A stretch of 37,563 bases of DNA, taken from IMG/VR virus record IMGVR_UViG_3300020042_006582, positions 1-37,563 of that record. One strand, written 5' to 3'. A model generated the notes under the pieces. The model searched no databases, was not told the origin of the DNA, and worked only from the letters and a program-made list of their open reading frames with translations. Shown here one piece after another: positions 9,993 to 17,492 of the stretch (the stretch's first letter is position 1; the number at the start of each line of letters is the position of its first letter). This stretch comes from a virus. Taxonomy: Duplodnaviria > Caudoviricetes. The position numbers were made by a program, and so were the translations under genes.

Positions 9993-10721
9993 CTAAGATT
10001 GATTTTGATTAATTAATTCACTTTCATTTGCTGTTGCTTGTGTAACATCAGCATCTTTTAAACTAAGTCCTGCATAAGAAAGAACTTTAACTACAAATCT
10101 TTCGTATAAACTATCATGTAAATCAATATCAACTGATGTACTTGCGTTATAAACAGCATTTCCTTGAACCATAACGTAGCCCCATTTTGGAGACTTAGGT
10201 TTTCTTAAATAAAGAAGTTCTACGTGATAGCCTGTTGGAGCTTCCGGATAAACTTGAAAATCGTCTCCTACTCTACAATATTCTGGGAAGTTTATTGTTG
10301 GAGGATTTTCATTAGAGTTTACAGCATAATTTATTTTTGTTTTTAAGTTTGGTTCAATATTTACTTTTCTTTTGGTAGAAGTATGAACTAAATTTAAGTC
10401 AATTGCTCTGTATAAATCTGTGCCATCGTATTTCCATAAACCGCTAGGAACATCATAAGTAAAATTACTTGGAGTAGAATAAATCGAATAAACATCAATT
10501 TGTTCTTCTCTTATTTTCTTTAAATCCGCGTATTGGTCGTTAGTTAAATGATTGCTTTTTTTTATTGTGTCCATATTATCCGAATAGAATAAACTTTCGA
10601 ATATAGAATAAATTGCTAATTCACAAAAAGCATCAAATTGACTAGGTTCTATTTGCCCGTAGTTGTTTTTCTTCAATAGGTATGAAGTAACATTTCGGAC
10701 TTTATTTGTGGAGAAACTCAT
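9993..10721 (-). CDS. Head-tail adaptor/ring protein (about 242 aa)
   Basis: KKNNYGQIEPSQFDAF, YLRKPKSPKWGY, VVKVLSYAGLSLKD motifs of tail-tubular/ring proteins. ATG at 10721 preferred to TTG at 10727; preceded by a TAnnTTTG promoter. Confidence 0.7.
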   Translation of the reverse strand: MSFSTNKVRNVTSYLLKKNNYGQIEPSQFDAFCELAIYSIFESLFYSDNMDTIKKSNHLTNDQYADLKKIREEQIDVYSIYSTPSNFTYDVPSGLWKYDGTDLYRAIDLNLVHTSTKRKVNIEPNLKTKINYAVNSNENPPTINFPEYCRVGDDFQVYPEAPTGYHVELLYLRKPKSPKWGYVMVQGNAVYNASTSVDIDLHDSLYERFVVKVLSYAGLSLKDADVTQATANESELINQNQS

Positions 10722-10741
10722 TTTCAATGTTTTAATTACAA

Positions 10742-10767
10742 CAAAGATAAAAAATAAACGACAACAA
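10742..10767 (-). promoter_or_regulatory. Bacteroidota-type promoter for the tail operon
   Basis: Minus strand TTGTTGTCG-N9-TATCTTTG; matches the TAnnTTTG (-7) consensus and shares TTGTTGTCG with the copies at about 15.0 and 31.95 kb. Confidence 0.65.
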
Positions 10768-10781
10768 TTGGATATTTAAAT

Positions 10782-10814
10782 AAAAAAATCCGTAACTACA
10801 AATAATTACGGATT
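10782..10814 (-). terminator. Rho-independent terminator after the 354-aa gene
   Basis: Inverted repeat AATCCGTAA/TTACGGATT with an A7 run on the plus strand (U-tract on minus). Confidence 0.7.
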
Positions 10815-10834
10815 CTTATATTTATTAAAAACTT

Positions 10835-11899
10835 CTATTGCTTACTTAAAAGGAACTCATATAAGTTTCTTCCATCGCTAGTTTTAAAGTAATTAGCAAT
10901 TTCATCAAACTCATTTTTGTTTCTGTCCACTTCTAAAAGCAAAGTGTTGTCAGCATCGTAGAATCTGTAATTTTTGTAAATTAAATTACCTTTAGCAAGT
11001 GCTGATTTTGCTACACCTTTAATTGCTGTGTTTGGATCATCGCAATATTCAATGTATTTCTTAGGCTCTTTACCTACATAATCCCAAATTGCTTCTTCTA
11101 CTTGGTCTGTTGTCCAAGCTTCGATATAGTGAGGAGTTTCCAAACTAACAATAGCACGATTCATTGAATTTCCAACTGTAGCGATTAATGATTCCGCTTG
11201 GTTTTTTAGTTTTCTGTTTTCAATGTTTTGTCTTGCTAATTTGCTTGGATCATGCTCTTCGAATAAAACTCCAAAATCTTTATGGATATGTAAAAATTTC
11301 TGCATATTGGTATCGGCAACTCCTAGTTTTAGAGTTCCGAAATTAAAGATAATCTCCGCGTCCATAATATCCTTCGGGTCTTTACTTTGATTTTCAATAA
11401 AGAAGGAAGGTTGATTAGAACTATAACGCATAGTGTAAGTTTTTTGCGTTTCCTTGTCGAAATACTGTAAAGCTCTTTCTTTTGTATGCGCTCTTTGGAT
11501 TGAACGTGTAATAGGTCTTTGATTATCTACTAATCTATATTCACGCTCTTTAACTTCCCAATTTTGAAACTCAGGGATTTTGTCTATAATGTCAAAATTT
11601 TGTGGTTGTAAACTAGCGTAGTTTTGAGGTTTTGCCTGAGTAGCGTTTTGTTGATTTTGTATAAATCTCTGCTCCATTTCCTCCATCATTTTTCTTACTT
11701 CTGATAAAGGTACGCTTGGTTCTGTATTAGGATTTTCAACAAAATTTTCATTGGTTAGAATTGCAGGTTTTTCTCCTAAATTCTCACTATTTACTTGTTC
11801 GTCAATAATGAACTTTCCACATTCGCTAATTAAACCTTTTTCTTTTAAGGCTTTGTACTCTTTGCTCATGTGATGCGGTGCTTTTTGTCTTGCTTCCAT
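10835..11899 (-). CDS. Conserved head-associated protein downstream of the major capsid gene (354 aa)
   Basis: WEVKEREYRL, MRYSSNQPSFFIENQ, IIFNFGTLKL, MQKFLHIH motifs; position directly after MCP as recalled for related phages; low-complexity N-terminus. Confidence 0.55.
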   Translation of the reverse strand: MEARQKAPHHMSKEYKALKEKGLISECGKFIIDEQVNSENLGEKPAILTNENFVENPNTEPSVPLSEVRKMMEEMEQRFIQNQQNATQAKPQNYASLQPQNFDIIDKIPEFQNWEVKEREYRLVDNQRPITRSIQRAHTKERALQYFDKETQKTYTMRYSSNQPSFFIENQSKDPKDIMDAEIIFNFGTLKLGVADTNMQKFLHIHKDFGVLFEEHDPSKLARQNIENRKLKNQAESLIATVGNSMNRAIVSLETPHYIEAWTTDQVEEAIWDYVGKEPKKYIEYCDDPNTAIKGVAKSALAKGNLIYKNYRFYDADNTLLLEVDRNKNEFDEIANYFKTSDGRNLYEFLLSKQ

Positions 11900-11907
11900 T
11901 TGATTAT

Positions 11908-11922
11908 ATTTGATTTAATTAA
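11908..11922 (-). promoter_or_regulatory. Recurrent 15-nt start-proximal motif TTAATTAAATCAAAT
   Basis: Identical copies at 14490-14504 (-) and 32017-32031 (+), each 3-8 nt upstream of an ATG. Confidence 0.55.
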
Positions 11923-11930
11923 TTTTAATT

Positions 11931-11960
11931 AAAAAGGCGAGGTTTTATTCTCGCCTTTTA
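11931..11960 (-). terminator. Rho-independent terminator after the major capsid gene
   Basis: AAAAGGCGAG-loop-CTCGCCTTTT perfect 10-bp stem with flanking A/T runs, about 20 nt past the MCP stop. Confidence 0.85.
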
Positions 11961-11978
11961 TATTTATTCTAAAAATGC

Positions 11979-13313
11979 TTATGCGCCTGTAAATAAAATC
12001 GTATTGTTTCTTCCGATTAATACAGTAGCAGTTTCACTTTGGAACTCAGTTTTGATTGTATCACTTTCAGAAGTTCCTTTAGCCCAATCTCTAACTACCA
12101 TTTCGTAATCTCTGTTCTCAGAACCTTTCGCTCTGTATAAAGAGTGTAACATTGGTTTTTGAGACATTTTACCAGTTAATACGTCTCTTACTGATTGAGA
12201 AGCATCAGGAATCATAAATCCATTGATTTTAGTAACTCCAACTCTAGCTCCGTGTCCTAATGGATCTTGTAAGATTCTTAATCCTCCGTAGTTAAATTGG
12301 TAAGTTCCTAATTTGAATCCTGTGAAAGATAAGTCTAACTTCATGTTTTCTGCGTTATCGAACATTCCGAAAGCTTGTCCGTTAACGTTAGTAGAAGCTA
12401 AGAAAGCGTCTAAACCAAAACATAAATCTGTATTACCATAAATTGTGTTATTTGGTATTTGACCTTGTTTTTCTAATCTATCAACCATTCCTCTAGCGTC
12501 TGTTAAGTTAGAAACTAAACCAGAGTAAACATTACCTTGTGCCATAGAAGCTAAAATACCTTCACGACCTTTGTAACCTGCTGTTAATAAATCTCCTGTC
12601 CAATCTTCTGAATCGAAATGAGCTTTTTCACGAGCGTTTCTGAAACGTGCTTCACAACCATTCTTGTTAACATCATACCATAAGTTACCTTTTGTTCCAT
12701 CAGGAGCAGTTACAGTAATCCAAGAATCTTGTGTTAAGTTAGTTCTGTTGTCAGAAACCATTTCTTTTACAATACTTGGTCTTGCAGTATATTGTTGGTA
12801 AGTTGTGTTTAAAGATTCTGGCATACCGTTTGAACCTTTTAAGAACTCATTTGTTCCTGTGTAGCAAACTAACGCTGTTGTTCCTAAAGCTCCCCATCCT
12901 GCTCCGTTACCACAAATTGCAGTAAAAGTAGTTGATGTAGTTGCTGTAATTCTACCTTTTTTCAAGACAGCTCCAGTAGCGTCAAATGCAGTTAAGATTT
13001 CTCCAACTCTAAAAGTGTGGTCTGCTAATGTAAATACGTCAGCTAAACGAGTTACCCCTGTAGCTAATTGAGTTAATCTGTCTTCTTCCATCCATGTTGC
13101 AACATCAGATGCTAAAGCCATTTTCAATCCTTTACGCTCCATGAACGTATCTAATTGTTGACTTCCGTATCTTCCTTGAATTGTTTTGCTAATGAAAGCA
13201 GGAAGTTCGTTTCTAAAATAATTCATTTGGGATAAATCCAAATAATTTTGCGGAGTTGGTGTTTTAGTTACACTAGGATTTAACCTTACCGCTGGACTTG
13301 CTGAAATAGCCAT
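11979..13313 (-). CDS. Major capsid protein (444 aa)
   Basis: Follows portal and acidic scaffold and precedes a strong terminator; motifs SDVATWMEEDRL, GTNEFLKGS, GYKGREGI, LDLSFTGFKLG, TEFQSE resemble crAss-like HK97-fold MCPs; codon usage appears strongly biased. Confidence 0.8.
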   Translation of the reverse strand: MAISASPAVRLNPSVTKTPTPQNYLDLSQMNYFRNELPAFISKTIQGRYGSQQLDTFMERKGLKMALASDVATWMEEDRLTQLATGVTRLADVFTLADHTFRVGEILTAFDATGAVLKKGRITATTSTTFTAICGNGAGWGALGTTALVCYTGTNEFLKGSNGMPESLNTTYQQYTARPSIVKEMVSDNRTNLTQDSWITVTAPDGTKGNLWYDVNKNGCEARFRNAREKAHFDSEDWTGDLLTAGYKGREGILASMAQGNVYSGLVSNLTDARGMVDRLEKQGQIPNNTIYGNTDLCFGLDAFLASTNVNGQAFGMFDNAENMKLDLSFTGFKLGTYQFNYGGLRILQDPLGHGARVGVTKINGFMIPDASQSVRDVLTGKMSQKPMLHSLYRAKGSENRDYEMVVRDWAKGTSESDTIKTEFQSETATVLIGRNNTILFTGA

Positions 13314-13364
13314 AGTTTTTTGTTTTAATTGTTAAAAATAAATTTTCAACAAGTAAGAATCTAT

Positions 13365-14486
13365 CTATTCTACTGAAAACTTATAACCTGTATTAGTTTG
13401 CGTTGGCTCACTTGGTTGGTTATCTGGTTGAATGTTTTTCGAAAGTTTGTCGTCTGCTTCTACTTTATCTGCAATACCCCTAAGATAAGCCTTATTCATT
13501 TCGGCTTTATAGTTTTTTGCAAAGTAAACAGCTTCCTGTAAACCTTCTTGGTCTATCAAATTCCCGTCTTCATCATAGAACGTTTGTTCAAAATTTCCAA
13601 TATCAGATAAAAACTCTTTAGTTTCCTTAATGTTTTCCGGTCTAAATAAAACCTTTTGAAAACCAGTTGCTTCACTTCCTAATTCAATCTCAAAACCTTT
13701 GAAATCATCTGAAAATTTAGCTTCTGTTTTAGAAAGAAACTCGCTTCTAGCTTTTTGGTAAATTGCTGAATTTGCTTCTTCTTGTTTTTTTGATTCTTCG
13801 ATAATCTTCTTAGCTTCTCTGTACTCAGTTGGAATGTGTTCGTCAGTACCACTAGCTACACTAAATTCTTCCTTACGTTTAGAGAAAAACTCTTTAGCTT
13901 TTCTTAAATCTTCTTTTGTATCGATTTTCTTGTCTAAGATTTCGTCTTCATCGTCTTCTTCGTCAAGGTTTTCGATACTATACTTTTTTTCGTATAGTCT
14001 TTCTCTTTCCTTTGCGGATAAATCGGGATTAGATAATCTGATAAACTCTTTTAAAGTATTCTCTGGAGTTTCTGCTTCCCAATCTTTTTGAGTTTCTAAG
14101 AAATCATTGTAATTTTTATTACCTGTTTTTTCGTAAAAATCATTATAAGCTTCGATTTCCGGAGCTAATTTCTTTTGTTCTTTTGGAGTTAATGAGTTTT
14201 TAAACTCGTCAACTGTCATTCCTCTTTTTTCTGCAATGTAATGTAATGCTAAATCTTCATCTAACTCCACATAATCCTCTTCATCCAAATCTACAATTTC
14301 ATATTCTGGTTGTTCTGGATCAGTAGCAGGAGAAGTTTCTTTTATTTCTTCTTGTGGCTCTGTTTCATTGCTCAGAATAACTTCTTGTTCATCTTCTTCA
14401 TTTGCCATTGAAAAAGTAAAACTTTGCGGTTCTTGTTCCTGTGGTATTAAATCCGCATTTTCAATATTTTCTGTTTCTTCTGCCAT
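13365..14486 (-). CDS. Putative capsid scaffolding/assembly protein (373 aa)
   Basis: Very acidic (E/D-rich) and helical; immediately upstream of MCP. Confidence 0.65.
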   Translation of the reverse strand: MAEETENIENADLIPQEQEPQSFTFSMANEEDEQEVILSNETEPQEEIKETSPATDPEQPEYEIVDLDEEDYVELDEDLALHYIAEKRGMTVDEFKNSLTPKEQKKLAPEIEAYNDFYEKTGNKNYNDFLETQKDWEAETPENTLKEFIRLSNPDLSAKERERLYEKKYSIENLDEEDDEDEILDKKIDTKEDLRKAKEFFSKRKEEFSVASGTDEHIPTEYREAKKIIEESKKQEEANSAIYQKARSEFLSKTEAKFSDDFKGFEIELGSEATGFQKVLFRPENIKETKEFLSDIGNFEQTFYDEDGNLIDQEGLQEAVYFAKNYKAEMNKAYLRGIADKVEADDKLSKNIQPDNQPSEPTQTNTGYKFSVE

Positions 14487-14489
14487 TTT

Positions 14490-14504
14490 ATTTGATTTAA
14501 TTAA
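14490..14504 (-). promoter_or_regulatory. Recurrent start-proximal motif TTAATTAAATCAAAT
   Basis: Exact copy 3 nt upstream of the scaffold ATG. Confidence 0.55.
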
Positions 14505-14529
14505 ATTTAAATTATTCCTTCTTTATTTT

Positions 14530-14976
14530 TTATCTGTAATTAGCACTTTTTCTACTAACTAATGATTTTTTGTCTTTTTCATCTAATTCTTCTTTTGAAC
14601 CAGTATTTACATTATAAGCGTTTGCGTTTTCTTCTCTTTCTCTATTTGTCATACTAGAGTGTCTTTCATTTTCTTTTAAAGCTTCTTTAGTTGCTTTAGA
14701 TTCATTTCTTCCTTCATAAACTACGCTACCGTCTGTTCCAATTATTTTAGTGTTAGTTGAAGACGTAGCTACTTTTCTGCGAAATTGTTTAGGTGTAGCA
14801 GTTGATGTTTTTTTATCAATATTTATTCCTAAAACTTTATTTTCAACTACTTCCCCTTTTTGTGATTCAGTATTTGCTACAATTTTCTTTTTTACATCAG
14901 AATATCTTTTAGTCAACTCTAAATCTTTAGGTACTTTAACCATTATTTTTTTCTTTTTTGGATCGGTATTTGGCAT
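14530..14976 (-). CDS. Hypothetical basic protein (148 aa)
   Basis: Lys-rich ORF with ATG start, directly downstream of a TAnnTTTG promoter, between portal and scaffold. Confidence 0.6.
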   Translation of the reverse strand: MPNTDPKKKKIMVKVPKDLELTKRYSDVKKKIVANTESQKGEVVENKVLGINIDKKTSTATPKQFRRKVATSSTNTKIIGTDGSVVYEGRNESKATKEALKENERHSSMTNREREENANAYNVNTGSKEELDEKDKKSLVSRKSANYR

Positions 14977-15007
14977 AATATCAGTTGTTTATTAGTTAAT
15001 TAAGATA

Positions 15008-15047
15008 CAAATATAAAAAAAATTATCCGACAACAAACGGCTTTTTT
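15008..15047 (-). promoter_or_regulatory. Promoter for the 148-aa/scaffold/MCP operon (repeat copy)
   Basis: Minus strand AAAAAAGCCGTTTGTTGTCGGATAAT...TATATTTG; 26 bp (15022-15047) are identical to 31959-31984. Confidence 0.7.
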
Positions 15048-15054
15048 GTTTTTT

Positions 15055-17490
15055 TTATTCATTTGCTTCGAAAACTGATAATTCTTCATTTCTAGCTTCA
15101 AAATCTACTGCTCCTTTATTGTTTTGTTTAGCGTCTGCTATAATTGAATTATTAGTAGATTGCTTATCTATTCTTTTCTTTTTCTCAGATTCAGACTTTT
15201 CTAATACTTCTACTTTACCTTCGTTAGCTACGTATTGTAAATCAATTGCGTTTTTGCCTTTTACTTCCTCAGTAAGCCTATCTTGATTACCTTTTTCTTC
15301 TTCTTTTTTAATTGCCCATGTACCGACAACTTCCGCTTTCATTTGTTCGGCTTGCATCCCTAATTGAATTGTTTCTTGTTTTGCTTTTTCTGATTCTTGG
15401 CTTGCTCTGATGTTTTCGTCTGCTTGTAATTTGAATTTGTTTGCATCCATTTCTTCTTTTTTCTTAGAAGCTTTTTCAATAACAATAGCAAGGTAAGCGA
15501 TAGCTTGTTTAAAAATTTTAATGTTTTTTACTTTGTATTTATCCGCTAATGTAATATATCCTGCTTCAACGGCACTAGATAAATCTTTATCTAACATAGC
15601 TCTTTCTTCATCGTCTTGTTCTAAATATAAGTTTAGGGCAAAATCAGATAAATGTAAGTTTGAAATAGATTCTAAATCCTCAACTGCTGTTGCTCCAATT
15701 TTTCTAATCAAATCAGCTTTTAAACTTGGATAATATCTAAGAATGTCTTGGATTCTATACAATACACTTTCCCCTGTCTTTAAAGTAACGTAACCTGCTC
15801 CTGATAAAATGTGTCTTGTTGCAAGATTTGAGTTAAGAGAAGCTAGTTTCCCTATACCTACTAAACTGTCTTTGTCTGGGTTAGAAGCATCAGAATATTG
15901 ATTTAATCCAATTACATCGGTTAGTTGAGTCAAATAATGAGTGCTTTCATTTCTTAACGCTTGAAGTTTGCCGACGCTATCTCCTGTTTTAATTTCTTTA
16001 AATGGATTTTGAGCATTGTTAAAATCTCCTGTCTGTCCATAACTTCTGTACAAAAACGAACCTGTAGAAAGATATTGGTGGAATTGGTCTTGTGCTGAAC
16101 TTTTATTGCCATTTCCTAAATCTATTTCCGCAAGAGCATCTAAGTCAATAGCTGTTCCGTCAGGTTTAATCATTTGTAAAATCTGTTCTGCTTTTAACTC
16201 GATTACATTTCTTAAATCCTCAATAGGAATCATTCTTTGTACTAAACTATTGATTATTCCGTCTTGGTAGTTTGGTGCAATTATATTGTATTGCTCACAT
16301 ACTTTTTGTGTATTTGAGTTTGGTCTTGCCATACTTTTAGCAAGTTCCCATTTTAATAAAATATTTGTCCCAATAACCATTACTCCTTCAAAAAGAACTT
16401 CTTCAATTTTAGAAACCCTTTTATAGTCGTTTTTCTTTCCTTTTTTTAGTAATTCAGTTTCATCAAATTTTGCATCTGCTTTAGAAACTATTTTTTCTCC
16501 CGTTGATTTTTCTTTAATCTTGTTGTAATTATCACGGGTAGTTTTGTATGTAAATCTTAAAATATTAGCGTGTCCTTTTAATTCTGGTCTTCCGCTATGA
16601 TATTGAGACCACCATTGACTTTGATCTACTAATTGTTGTTTAATGTGGTCGTTTTTCGCATTGCATAATTCAGGAAACTCTAAAAGTAAATCACTTACTA
16701 AAACTTCTTCATAGTGTCCTTTATAGAAACAATCTCTAAAAAAAGGGTCTTTAGTTTTAGAGTAAACCATGTCTTTTACATCAACTCTTTTTAAAGTAAT
16801 TCCTTTTGCCGGATGAAATCTATTTTCAACACAAGCAATTCCATCAATTACTAAATCTCGCTTAATCTGTCTATCAATAGTCAGGTCAAACATATTTTCT
16901 TGGAAAACAGAAGCGATTCCAATTTGTGCTGATAGTTCACAAGAGGGCTTCCAATCCATTTGTATATGAAGATTTAATTCATCATCAGTTTCAGGTAATT
17001 TATCAGTTGGCATTGTTCCAATATCAATTCCAAATTTCTCTTTAGATAGTTCAATAATTTCTTTAGAGTTCATATCGTCTTTTATTTGCTTACGATATGC
17101 TTGTTTGTTTTTTTGAGAAATTGGATCAATTGCATTTGCTTCAATAGAATATCCTCTATCACACATACCGTTAACCACTAAATCTACTAATTTAGGAATA
17201 GTAGATAAAGATTTTGTACTTAGATTTAGTAAAGAAACGTCTCCGTTTGTTCCAAGCTTAGGATAATATTGACGCATATCAATATTGCCATTAGCGTAAT
17301 TTCTTCTTCTTTGGAAGTCTGCTTGATTTGCGTAAAATCTACAAGTCCCAGAACCTACTCTATGAAACCATTCAGTAGATATAGCTGTTCCAACCGATAG
17401 CCCGAAAGCAGGTTTTACTTTTTCATCAAATGTTTCTAATTGGTTTGGAAACTTTACGCTGTCTAGTATTTCAAATTTACTTTCTCTCAT
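15055..17490 (-). CDS. Portal protein (811 aa)
   Basis: Directly downstream of TerL; IPKLVDLVVNGM, ANAIDP, SLVQRMIP, TDVIGLN...PDKDSLVGIGKLASLNSNLATRHIL motifs recalled from crAss-like portals; C-terminal coiled-coil barrel. Confidence 0.85.
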   Translation of the reverse strand: MRESKFEILDSVKFPNQLETFDEKVKPAFGLSVGTAISTEWFHRVGSGTCRFYANQADFQRRRNYANGNIDMRQYYPKLGTNGDVSLLNLSTKSLSTIPKLVDLVVNGMCDRGYSIEANAIDPISQKNKQAYRKQIKDDMNSKEIIELSKEKFGIDIGTMPTDKLPETDDELNLHIQMDWKPSCELSAQIGIASVFQENMFDLTIDRQIKRDLVIDGIACVENRFHPAKGITLKRVDVKDMVYSKTKDPFFRDCFYKGHYEEVLVSDLLLEFPELCNAKNDHIKQQLVDQSQWWSQYHSGRPELKGHANILRFTYKTTRDNYNKIKEKSTGEKIVSKADAKFDETELLKKGKKNDYKRVSKIEEVLFEGVMVIGTNILLKWELAKSMARPNSNTQKVCEQYNIIAPNYQDGIINSLVQRMIPIEDLRNVIELKAEQILQMIKPDGTAIDLDALAEIDLGNGNKSSAQDQFHQYLSTGSFLYRSYGQTGDFNNAQNPFKEIKTGDSVGKLQALRNESTHYLTQLTDVIGLNQYSDASNPDKDSLVGIGKLASLNSNLATRHILSGAGYVTLKTGESVLYRIQDILRYYPSLKADLIRKIGATAVEDLESISNLHLSDFALNLYLEQDDEERAMLDKDLSSAVEAGYITLADKYKVKNIKIFKQAIAYLAIVIEKASKKKEEMDANKFKLQADENIRASQESEKAKQETIQLGMQAEQMKAEVVGTWAIKKEEEKGNQDRLTEEVKGKNAIDLQYVANEGKVEVLEKSESEKKKRIDKQSTNNSIIADAKQNNKGAVDFEARNEELSVFEANE

Positions 17491-17492
17491 GG

